From the human T2T-CHM13v2.0 reference genome, Homo sapiens: a stretch of 64,000 nucleotides of DNA. The DNA lies in the NCBI RefSeq assembly GCF_009914755.1, contig NC_060928.1; one strand, 5' to 3'. Below the pieces are notes generated by a model. It was not told the origin of the DNA. It did no database searches and saw only the letters and a list, made by a program, of their open reading frames with translations. Position numbers and translations under genes: made by a program. This document shows, one piece after another, positions 39,101-51,800 of this stretch (position 1 is the first letter of the stretch; every line of letters begins with the position of its first letter).

Positions 39101-41686
39101 CGGGAATTTCTTCATATAAAATCAAACAGAAGCATTCTCAGAAACTTCTCAGTGATGTTTGCATTCAGCTCATGGAGTTGAACACTTCCTTTCATAGAGC
39201 CGGTTTGAAACACTCTTTCTGCACTACCTGGAAGAGGACATTTCGAGCGCTTTGAGTCCTATGGTGAAAAAGGAAATATCTTCTCATAAAAACCAGAAAG
39301 AAGCATTCTCAGAAACTTCTTTGTGTTGTGTGTACTCATGTAACAGTGTTGAACCATCCTTTTGACAGAGCAGTTTTGAAACACTCTTTTTGTAGAATCT
39401 GCAAGTGGATATTTGGATAGCTTTGAGGATTTCGTTGGAAACGGGATGACATATAATATCTAGAGAGAAGCATTCTCAGGAACTTCTTTGTGATGTTTGC
39501 ATTCAAGTCACAGAATTGAACATTCCCTTTCATAGAGCAGGTTTGAAACACTCTTTCTCTAGTATCTGGAAGTGGGCATTTCAAGCGCTTTCAGGCCTAT
39601 GGAGAGAAAGGAAATACCTTCAAATAAAAACTAGACAGAAGCATTCTCAGAAACTTATTTGTGATGTGTGTCCTCAACTAACAGAGTTGAACCTTTGTTT
39701 TGATACAGCATTTTGGAAACACTCCTTTTGTAGAATCTGCAGGTGGATATTTGGATAACTTTGAAGATTTCGTTGGAAACCGGAATATCTTCATATAAAA
39801 TCAAGACAGAAGCATTCTCGGAAACATCTCTGTGATGTTTGCATTCAACTCAGTAGAGTTGAACACTTCCTTTCATAGAGCCGGTTTGAAACACTCTTTC
39901 TGCACTACCTGGAAGCGGACATTTCGAGCGCTTTGAGGCCTATGGTGAAAAAGGAAATATCTTCTCATAAAAACCAGAAAGAAGCATTCTCAGAAACTTC
40001 TTTGTGTTGTGTGTACTCAAGTAACAGTGTTGAACCTTCCTTTTGACACAGCAGTTTTGAAACACTCTTTTGGTAGAATCTGCAAGTGGATATTTGGATA
40101 GCTTTGAGGATTTCGTTGGAAACGGGTTATCTTCATATAAAATCCAGACAGGAGCATTCTCAGAAACTTCTTTGTGCTGCATGTCCTCAATTCACAGAGC
40201 TGAACCTTTGTTTGGATACAGCATTTTGGAAACATTCCTTTAGTAGAATCTGCAAGTTGATATTTAGATAGCTTTGAAGATTTCGTTGGAAACGGGAATA
40301 TCTTCATAGAAAATCTAGACGGAAGCATTCTCAGAAACTGCTTTGTGATGTTTGCATTCAAGTCACAGAGTTGAATATTCCCTTTTATAGAGTAGGTTTG
40401 AAACACTCTTTCGGCACTACCTGGAAGTGGATATTTCGAGCTCTTTGAGGCCTATGGTTAAAAGGAAATATCTTCCCATAAAAACTAGACAGAAGCCGTC
40501 TCAGAAACTTGTTTGTGATGTGTGTATTCAACTAACAGAGTTGAACATTTCTGTTACAGAGCAATTTTAAAACACTCTTTTTGTGGAATCTGAAAGTGGA
40601 TAATTGGATAGCTTTGTGGATTTCGTTGGAAACGGGATGACGTATAAAATCTAGAGAGAAGCATTCTCAGGAACTTCTTTGTGATGTTTGCATTCAAGTC
40701 ACAGAATTGAACATTCCTTTTCATAGTGCAGGTTTGAAACACTCTTTCTGTAGTATCTGGAAGTGGACATTTCAAGCGCTTTCAGGCCTACGGGGAGAAA
40801 GGAAATATCTTCAAATAAAAACTAGACAGAAGGATTCTCAGAAACTTATTTGTGATGTGTGTCCTAAACGAACACAGTTGAACCTTTGTTTAGATACAGC
40901 ATTTTGGAAACACTCCTTTTGTAGGATCTGCAGGTGGATATTTGGATAGATTTTAAGATTTCGTTGGAAACGGGAGTTTCTTCATAGAAACTCAAGACAG
41001 ATGCATTCTCAGAAACATCTCTGTGATGTTTGCATTCCACTCATAGAGTTGAAAACTTCCTTTCATAGAGCAGGTTTGAAACACTCTTTTTGTAATATTT
41101 GGAAGTGGACATTTGCAGCGCTTTGAGGCCTATGGTGAAAAAGGAAATATCTTCTCATAAAAACCAGAAACAAGCATTCTCAGAAACTTCTTTTTGATGT
41201 GTGTACTCAAGTAACAGAGTTGAACCTTCCTTTTGACACAGCAGTTTTGAAACAATCTTTTTGTAGAATCTGCAAGTGGATATTTGGATAGCTTTGAGGA
41301 TTTCGTTGGAAACGGGATATCTTCATATAAAATCTAGACAGAAGCATTCTCAGAAACTTCTTTGTGCTGCATGTCCTCAATTAACAGAGTTGAACCATTG
41401 CTTGGATACAGCATTTTGGAAACATTCCTTTAGTAGAATCTGCAAGTTGATATTTAGATAGATTTGAAGATTTCGTTGGAAAAGGGAATATCTCCATATA
41501 AAATCTAGACGGAAGCATTCTCAGAAACTGCTTTGTGATGTTTCCATTCAAGTCACAGAGTTGAATATTCCCTTTTATAGAGCACGTTTGAAACACTCTT
41601 TCTGCACTATCTGGAAGTGGAAATTTCGAGCGCTTTGAGGCCTATGGTGAAAAAGGAAATATCTTCCCATAAAAATTAGACAGAAG
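33189..41686 (+). repeat. Two tandem 25-mer super-units (6-mer + 19-mer, 4249 bp): 6-mers 33189-34205 and 37438-38454; 19-mers 34206-37437 and 38455-41686
   Basis: Marker spacings 1017, 3232, 1017, 3232. Confidence 0.96.
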
Positions 41687-44600
41687 CATTCTCAGAAACT
41701 TGTTTGTGATGTGTGTATTCAACTAACAGAGTTGAACTTTTGTTTTTACAGAGCCGTTTTAAAACACTCTTTTTGTGGAATCAGAAAGTGGATATTCGGA
41801 TGGCTCTGAGGATTTCGTTGGAAGCGGGATTACATATAAAATCTAGAGAGAAGCATTCTCAGGAACTTCTTTGTGATGTTTGCATTGAAGTCACAGAATT
41901 GAACATTCACTTTGATAGAGCAGGTTTGAAACACTCATTCTGTAGTATCTGGAAGTGGACATTTCAAGCGCTTTCAGGCCTATGGTGAAAAAGGAAATAT
42001 CTTCGAATAAAAACTAGACAGAAGCATCCTCAGAAACTTATTTGTGATGTGTGTCCTCAACTAACAGAGTTGAAACTTTGTTTTGATACAGCATTTTGGA
42101 AACACTCCTTTTGTAGAATCTGCAGGTGGATATGTTGATAGCTCTGACGATTTCGTTGGAAACGGGAATTTCTTCATATAAAATCAAACAGAAGCATTCT
42201 CAGAAACTTCTCAGTGATGTTTGCATTCAGCTCATGGAGTTGAACACTTCCTTTCATAGAGCCGGTTTGAAACACTCTTTCTGCACTACCTGGAAGAGGC
42301 CATTTCGAGCGCTTTGAGTCCTATGGTGAAAAAGGAAATATCTTCTCATAAAAACCAGAAAGAAGCATTCTCAGAAACTTCTTTGTGTTGTGTGTACTCA
42401 TGTAACAGTGTTGAACCATCCTTTTGACAGAGCAGTTTTGAAACACTCTTTTTGTAGAATCTGCAAGTGGATATTTGGATAGCTTTGAGGATTTCGTTGG
42501 AAACGGGATGACATATAATATCTAGAGAGAAGCATTCTCAGGAACTTCTTTGTGCTGTTTGCATTCAAGTCACAGAATTGAACATTCCCTTTCATAGAGC
42601 AGATTTGAAACACTCTTTCTCTAGTATCTGGAAGTGGGCATTTCAAGCGCTTTCAGGCCTATTGAGAGAAAGGAAATACCTTCAAATAAAAACTAGACAG
42701 AAGCATTCTCAGAAACTTGTTTGTGATGTGTGTATTCAACTAACAGAGTTGAACTTTTGTTTTTACAGAGCCGTTTTAAAACACTCTTTTTGTGGAATCA
42801 GAAAGTGGATATTCGGATGGCTCTGAGGATTTCGTTGGAAGCGGGAATACATATAAAATCTAGAGAGAAGCATTCTCAGGAACTTCTTTGTGATGTTTGC
42901 ATTGAAGTCACAGAATTGAGCATTCACTTTGATAGAGCAGGTTTGAAACACTCATTCTGTAGTATCTGGAAGTGGACATTTCAAGCGCTTTCAGGCCTAT
43001 GGTGAGAAAGGAAATATCTTCGAATAAAAACTAGACAGAAGCATCCTCAGAAACTTATTTGTGATGTGTGTCCTCAACTAACAGAGTTGAAACTTTGTTT
43101 TGATACAGCATTTTGGAAACACTCTTTTTGTAGAATCTGCAGGTGGATATTTGGATAGCTTAGAGGGATTCGTTGGAAAGGGGATATCTTCATATAAAAT
43201 CTAGACAGAAGCATTCTCAGAAACTTATTTGTGATGTGTGTCCTCAACTAACAGAGTTGAACCTTTGTTTTGATACAGCATTTTGGAAACACTCCTTTTG
43301 TAGAATCTGCAGGTGGATATTTGGATAACTTTGAAGATTTCGTTGGAAACCGGAATATCTTCATATAAAATCAAGACAGAAGCATTCTCGGAAACATCTC
43401 TGTGATGTTTGCATTCAACTCAGTAGAGTTGAACACTTCCTTTCATAGAGCCGGTTTGAAACACTCTTTCTGCACTACCTGGAAGCGGACATTTCGAGCG
43501 CTTTGAGGCCTATGGTGAAAAAGGAAATATCTTCTCATAAAAACCAGAAAGAAGCATTCTCAGAAACTTCTTTGTGTTGTGTGTACTCAAGTAACAGTGT
43601 TGAACCTTCCTTTTGACACAGCAGTTTTGAAACACTCTTTTGGTAGAATCTGCAAGTGGATATTTGGATAGGTTTGAGGATTTCGTTGGAAACGGGTTAT
43701 CTTCATATAAAATCCAGACAGGAGCATTCTCAGAAACTTCTTTGTGCTGCATGTCCTCAATTCACAGAGCTGAACCTTTGTTTGGATACAGCATTTTGGA
43801 AACATTCCTTTAGTAGAATCTGCAAGTTGATATTTAGATAGCTTTGAAGATTTCGTTGGAAACGGGAATATCTTCATAGAAAATCTAGACGGAAGCATTC
43901 TCAGAAACTGCTTTGTGATGTTTGCATTCAAGTCACAGAGTTGAATATTCCCTTTTATAGAGTAGGTTTGAAACACTCTTTCGGCACTACCTGGAAGTGG
44001 ATATTTCGAGCTCTTTGAGGCCTATGGTTAAAAGGAAATATCTTCCCATAAAAACTAGACAGAAGCCGTCTCAGAAACTTGTTTGTGATGTGTGTATTCA
44101 ACTAACAGAGTTGAACATTTCTGTTACAGAGCAATTTTAAAACACTCTTTTTGTGGAATCTGAAAGTGGATAATTGGATAGCTTTGTGGATTTCGTTGGA
44201 AACGGGATGACGTATAAAATCTAGAGAGAAGCATTCTCAGGAACTTCTTTGTGATGTTTGCATTCAAGTCACAGAATTGAACATTCCTTTTCATAGTGCA
44301 GGTTTGAAACACTCTTTCTGTAGTATCTGGAAGTGGACATTTCAAGCGCTTTCAGGCCTACGGGGAGAAAGGAAATATCTTCAAATAAAAACTAGACAGA
44401 AGGATTCTCAGAAACTTATTTGTGATGTGTGTCCTAAACGAACACAGTTGAACCTTTGTTTAGATACAGCATTTTGGAAACACTCCTTTTGTAGGATCTG
44501 CAGGTGGATATTTGGATAGATTTTAAGATTTCGTTGGAAACGGGAGTTTCTTCATAGAAACTCAAGACAGATGCATTCTCAGAAACATCTCTGTGATGTT

Positions 44601-47600
44601 TGCATTCCACTCATAGAGTTGAAAACTTCCTTTCATAGAGCAGGTTTGAAACACTCTTTTTGTAATATTTGGAAGTGGACATTTGCAGCGCTTTGAGGCC
44701 TATGGTGAAAAAGGAAATATCTTCTCATAAAAACCAGAAACAAGCATTCTCAGAAACTTCTTTTTGATGTGTGTACTCAAGTAACAGAGTTGAACCTTCC
44801 TTTTGACACAGCAGTTTTGAAACAATCTTTTTGTAGAATCTGCAAGTGGATATTTGGATAGCTTTGAGGATTTCGTTGGAAACGGGATATCTTCATATAA
44901 AATCTAGACAGAAGCATTCTCAGAAACTTCTTTGTGCTGCATGTCCTCAATTAACAGAGTTGAACCATTGCTTGGATACAGCATTTTGGAAACATTCCTT
45001 TAGTAGAATCTGCAAGTTGATATTTAGATAGATTTGAAGATTTCGTTGGAAAAGGGAATATCTCCATATAAAATCTAGACGGAAGCATTCTCAGAAACTG
45101 CTTTGTGATGTTTCCATTCAAGTCACAGAGTTGAATATTCCCTTTTATAGAGCACGTTTGAAACACTCTTTCTGCACTATCTGGAAGTGGAAATTTCGAG
45201 CGCTTTGAGGCCTATGGTGAAAAAGGAAATATCTTCCCATAAAAATTAGACAGAAGCATTCTCAGAAACTTGTTTGTGATGTGTGTATTCAACTAACAGA
45301 GTTGAACTTTTGTTTTTACAGAGCCGTTTTAAAACACTCTTTTTGTGGAATCAGAAAGTGGATATTCGGATGGCTCTGAGGATTTCGTTGGAAGCGGGAT
45401 TACATATAAAATCTAGAGAGAAGCATTCTCAGGAACTTCTTTGTGATGTTTGCATTGAAGTCACAGAATTGAACATTCACTTTGATAGAGCAGGTTTGAA
45501 ACACTCATTCTGTAGTATCTGGAAGTGGACATTTCAAGCGCTTTCAGGCCTATGGTGAAAAAGGAAATATCTTCGAATAAAAACTAGACAGAAGCATCCT
45601 CAGAAACTTATTTGTGATGTGTGTCCTCAACTAACAGAGTTGAAACTTTGTTTTGATACAGCATTTTGGAAACACTCCTTTTGTAGAATCTGCAGGTGGA
45701 TATGTGGATAGCTCTGACGATTTCGTTGGAAACGGGAATTTCTTCATATAAAATCAAACAGAAGCATTCTCAGAAACTTCTCAGTGATGTTTGCATTCAG
45801 CTCATGGAGTTGAACACTTCCTTTCATAGAGCCGGTTTGAAACACTCTTTCTGCACTACCTGGAAGAGGCCATTTCGAGCGCTTTGAGTCCTATGGTGAA
45901 AAAGGAAATATCTTCTCATAAAAACCAGAAAGAAGCATTCTCAGAAACTTCTTTGTGTTGTGTGTACTCATGTAACAGTGTTGAACCATCCTTTTGACAG
46001 AGCAGTTTTGAAACACTCTTTTTGTAGAATCTGCAAGTGGATATTTGGATAGCTTTGAGGATTTCGTTGGAAACGGGATGACATATAATATCTAGAGAGA
46101 AGCATTCTCAGGAACTTCTTTGTGCTGTTTGCATTCAAGTCACAGAATTGAACATTCCCTTTCATAGAGCAGATTTGAAACACTCTTTCTCTAGTATCTG
46201 GAAGTGGGCATTTCAAGCGCTTTCAGGCCTATTGAGAGAAAGGAAATACCTTCAAATAAAAACTAGACAGAAGCATTCTCAGAAACTTGTTTGTGATGTG
46301 TGTATTCAACTAACAGAGTTGAACTTTTGTTTTTACAGAGCCGTTTTAAAACACTCTTTTTGTGGAATCAGAAAGTGGATATTCGGATGGCTCTGAGGAT
46401 TTCGTTGGAAGCGGGAATACATATAAAATCTAGAGAGAAGCATTCTCAGGAACTTCTTTGTGATGTTTGCATTGAAGTCACAGAATTGAGCATTCACTTT
46501 GATAGAGCAGGTTTGAAACACTCATTCTGTAGTATCTGGAAGTGGACATTTCAAGCGCTTTCAGGCCTATGGTGAGAAAGGAAATATCTTCGAATAAAAA
46601 CTAGACAGAAGCATCCTCAGAAACTTATTTGTGATGTGTGTCCTCAACTAACAGAGTTGAAACTTTGTTTTGATACAGCATTTTGGAAACACTCTTTTTG
46701 TAGAATCTGCAGGTGGATATTTGGATAGCTTAGAGGGATTCGTTGGAAAGGGGATATCTTCATATAAAATCTAGACAGAAGCATTCTCAGAAACTTATTT
46801 GTGATGTGTGTCCTCAACTAACAGAGTTGAACCTTTGTTTTGATACAGCATTTTGGAAACACTCCTTTTGTAGAATCTGCAGGTGGATATTTGGATAACT
46901 TTGAAGATTTCGTTGGAAACCGGAATATCTTCATATAAAATCAAGACAGAAGCATTCTCGGAAACATCTCTGTGATGTTTGCATTCAACTCAGTAGAGTT
47001 GAACACTTCCTTTCATAGAGCCGGTTTGAAACACTCTTTCTGCACTACCTGGAAGCGGACATTTCGAGCGCTTTGAGGCCTATGGTGAAAAAGGAAATAT
47101 CTTCTCATAAAAACCAGAAAGAAGCATTCTCAGAAACTTCTTTGTGTTGTGTGTACTCAAGTAACAGTGTTGAACCTTCCTTTTGACACAGCAGTTTTGA
47201 AACACTCTTTTGGTAGAATCTGCAAGTGGATATTTGGATAGCTTTGAGGATTTCGTTGGAAACGGGTTATCTTCATATAAAATCCAGACAGGAGCATTCT
47301 CAGAAACTTCTTTGTGCTGCATGTCCTCAATTCACAGAGCTGAACCTTTGTTTGGATACAGCATTTTGGAAACATTCCTTTAGTAGAATCTGCAAGTTGA
47401 TATTTAGATAGCTTTGAAGATTTCGTTGGAAACGGGAATATCTTCATAGAAAATCTAGACGGAAGCATTCTCAGAAACTGCTTTGTGATGTTTGCATTCA
47501 AGTCACAGAGTTGAATATTCCCTTTTATAGAGTAGGTTTGAAACACTCTTTCGGCACTACCTGGAAGTGGATATTTCGAGCTCTTTGAGGCCTATGGTTA

Positions 47601-48826
47601 AAAGGAAATATCTTCCCATAAAAACTAGACAGAAGCCGTCTCAGAAACTTGTTTGTGATGTGTGTATTCAACTAACAGAGTTGAACATTTCTGTTACAGA
47701 GCAATTTTAAAACACTCTTTTTGTGGAATCTGAAAGTGGATAATTGGATAGCTTTGTGGATTTCGTTGGAAACGGGATGACGTATAAAATCTAGAGAGAA
47801 GCATTCTCAGGAACTTCTTTGTGATGTTTGCATTCAAGTCACAGAATTGAACATTCCTTTTCATAGTGCAGGTTTGAAACACTCTTTCTGTAGTATCTGG
47901 AAGTGGACATTTCAAGCGCTTTCAGGCCTACGGGGAGAAAGGAAATATCTTCAAATAAAAACTAGACAGAAGGATTCTCAGAAACTTATTTGTGATGTGT
48001 GTCCTAAACGAACACAGTTGAACCTTTGTTTAGATACAGCATTTTGGAAACACTCCTTTTGTAGGATCTGCAGGTGGATATTTGGATAGATTTTAAGATT
48101 TCGTTGGAAACGGGAGTTTCTTCATAGAAACTCAAGACAGATGCATTCTCAGAAACATCTCTGTGATGTTTGCATTCCACTCATAGAGTTGAAAACTTCC
48201 TTTCATAGAGCAGGTTTGAAACACTCTTTTTGTAATATTTGGAAGTGGACATTTGCAGCGCTTTGAGGCCTATGGTGAAAAAGGAAATATCTTCTCATAA
48301 AAACCAGAAACAAGCATTCTCAGAAACTTCTTTTTGATGTGTGTACTCAAGTAACAGAGTTGAACCTTCCTTTTGACACAGCAGTTTTGAAACAATCTTT
48401 TTGTAGAATCTGCAAGTGGATATTTGGATAGCTTTGAGGATTTCGTTGGAAACGGGATATCTTCATATAAAATCTAGACAGAAGCATTCTCAGAAACTTC
48501 TTTGTGCTGTATGTCCTCAATTAACAGAGTTGAACCATTGCTTGGATACAGCATTTTGGAAACATTCCTTGAGTAGAATCTGCAAGTTGATATTTAGATA
48601 GATTTGAAGATTTCGTTGGAAAAGGGAATATCTCCATATAAAATCTAGACGGAAGCATTCTCAGAAACTGCTTTGTGATGTTTCCATTCAAGTCACAGAG
48701 TTGAATATTCCCTTTTATAGAGCACGTTTGAAACACTCTTTCTGCACTATCTGGAAGTGGACATTTCGAGCGCTTTGAGGCCTATGGTGAAAAAGGAAAT
48801 ATCTTCCCATAAAAATTAGACAGAAG
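41687..48826 (+). repeat. Two tandem 21-mer super-units (6-mer + 15-mer, 3570 bp): 6-mers 41687-42703 and 45257-46273; 15-mers 42704-45256 and 46274-48826 (m1-m3, m4/m8 junction, m9-m19)
   Basis: Marker spacings 1017, 2553, 1017, 2553. 2553 = 3232-679 (four monomers). m3 is followed by an m8-type monomer (GGATAAC, AAACCGGA). Confidence 0.96.
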
Positions 48827-51800
48827 CATTCTCAGAAACTTGTTTGTGATGTGTGTATTCAACTAACAGAGTTGAACTTTTGTTTTTACAGAGCCGTTTT
48901 AAAACACTCTTTTTGTGGAATCAGAAAGTGGATATTCGGATGGCTCTGAGGATTTCGTTGGAAGCGGGATTACATATAAAATCTAGAGAGAAGCATTCTC
49001 AGGAACTTCTTTGTGATGTTTGCATTGAAGTCACAGAATTGAACATTCACTTTGATAGAGCAGGTTTGAAACACTCATTCTGTAGTATCTGGAAGTGGAC
49101 ATTTCAAGCGCTTTCAGGCCTATGGTGAAAAAGGAAATATCTTCGAATAAAAACTAGACAGAAGCATCCTCAGAAACTTATTTGTGATGTGTGTCCTCAA
49201 CTAACAGAGTTGAAACTTTGTTTTGATACAGCATTTTGGAAACACTCCTTTTGTAGAATCTGCAGGTGGATATGTGGATAGCTCTGAAGATTTCGTTGGA
49301 AACGGGAATTTCTTCATATAAAATCAAACAGAAGCATTCTCAGAAACTTCTCAGTGATGTTTGCATTCAGCTCATGGAGTTGAACACTTCCTTTCATAGA
49401 GCCGGTTTGAAACACTCTTTCTGCACTACCTGGAAGAGGCCATTTCGAGCGCTTTGAGTCCTATGGTGAAAAAGGAAATATCTTCTCATAAAAACCAGAA
49501 AGAAGCATTCTCAGAAACTTCTTTGTGTTGTGTGTACTCATGTAACAGTGTTGAACCATCCTTTTGACAGAGCAGTTTTGAAACACTCTTTTTGTAGAAT
49601 CTGCAAGTGGATATTTGGATAGCTTTGAGGATTTCGTTGGAAACGGGATGACATATAATATCTAGAGAGAAGCATTCTCAGGAACTTCTTTGTGCTGTTT
49701 GCATTCAAGTCACAGAATTGAACATTCCCTTTCATAGAGCAGATTTGAAACACTCTTTCTCTAGTATCTGGAAGTGGGCATTTCAAGCGCTTTCAGGCCT
49801 ATTGAGAGAAAGGAAATACCTTCAAATAAAAACTAGACAGAAGCATTCTCAGAAACTTGTTTGTGATGTGTGTATTCAACTAACAGAGTTGAACTTTTGT
49901 TTTTACAGAGCCGTTTTAAAACACTCTTTTTGTGGAATCAGAAAGTGGATATTCGGATGGCTCTGAGGATTTCGTTGGAAGCGGGATTACGTATAAAATC
50001 TAGAGAGAAGCATTCTCAGGAACTTCTTTGTGATGTTTGCATTGAAGTCACAGAATTGAACATTCACTTTGATAGAGCAGGTTTGAAACACTCATTCTGT
50101 AGTATCTGGAAGTGGACATTTCAAGCGCTTTCAGGCCTATGGTGAGAAAGGAAATATCTTCGAATAAAAACTAGACAGAAGCATCCTCAGAAACTTATTT
50201 GTGATGTGTGTCCTCAACTAACAGAGTTGAAACTTTGTTTTGATACAGCATTTTGGAAACACTCTTTTTGTAGAATCTGCAGGTGGATATTTGGATAGCT
50301 TAGAGGGATTCGTTGGAAAGGGGATATCTTCATATAAAATCTAGACAGAAGCATTCTCAGAAACTTATTTGTGATGTGTGTCCTCAACTAACAGAGTTGA
50401 ACCTTGGTTTTGATACAGCATTTTGGAAACACTCCTTTTGTAGAATCTGCAGGTGGATATGTGGATAGCTCTGAAGATTTCGTTGGAAACGGGAATTTCT
50501 TCATATAAAATCAAACAGAAGCATTCTCAGAAACTTCTCAGTGATGTTTGCATTCAGCTCATGGAGTTGAACACTTCCTTTCATAGAGCCGGTTTGAAAC
50601 ACTCTTTCTGCACTACCTGGAAGAGGACATTTCGAGCGCTTTGAGTCCTATGGTGAAAAAGGAAATATCTTCTCATAAAAACCAGAAAGAAGCATTCTCA
50701 GAAACTTCTTTGTGTTGTGTGTACTCATGTAACAGTGTTGAACCATCCTTTTGACAGAGCAGTTTTGAAACACTCTTTTTGTAGAATCTGCAAGTGGATA
50801 TTTGGATAGCTTTGAGGATTTCGTTGGAAACGGGATGACATATAATATCTAGAGAGAAGCATTCTCAGGAACTTCTTTGTGATGTTTGCATTCAAGTCAC
50901 AGAATTGAACATTCCCTTTCATAGAGCAGGTTTGAAATACTCTTTCTCTAGTATCTGGAAGTGGGCATTTCAAGCGCTTTCAGGCCTATGGAGAGAAAGG
51001 AAATACCTTCAAATAAAAACTAGACAGAAGCATTCTCAGAAACTTATTTGTGATGTGTGTCCTCAACTAACAGAGTTGAACCTTTGTTTTGATACAGCAT
51101 TTTGGAAACACTCCTTTTGTAGAATCTGCAGGTGGATATTTGGATAACTTTGAAGATTTCGTTGGAAACCGGAATATCTTCATATAAAATCAAGACAGAA
51201 GCATTCTCGGAAACATCTCTGTGATGTTTGCATTCAACTCAGTAGAGTTGAACACTTCCTTTCATAGAGCCGGTTTGAAACACTCTTTCTGCACTACCTG
51301 GAAGCGGACATTTCGAGCGCTTTGAGGCCTATGGTGAAAAAGGAAATATCTTCTCATAAAAACCAGAAAGAAGCATTCTCAGAAACTTCTTTGTGTTGTG
51401 TGTACTCAAGTAACAGTGTTGAACCTTCCTTTTGACACAGCAGTTTTGAAACACTCTTTTGGTAGAATCTGCAAGTGGATATTTGGATAGGTTTGAGGAT
51501 TTCGTTGGAAACGGGTTATCTTCATATAAAATCCAGACAGGAGCATTCTCAGAAACTTCTTTGTGCTGCATGTCCTCAATTCACAGAGCTGAACCTTTGT
51601 TTGGATACAGCATTTTGGAAACATTCCTTTAGTAGAATCTGCAAGTTGATATTTAGATAGCTTTGAAGATTTCGTTGGAAACGGGAATATCTTCATAGAA
51701 AATCTAGACGGAAGCATTCTCAGAAACTGCTTTGTGATGTTTGCATTCAAGTCACAGAGTTGAATATTCCCTTTTATAGAGTAGGTTTGAAACACTCTTT

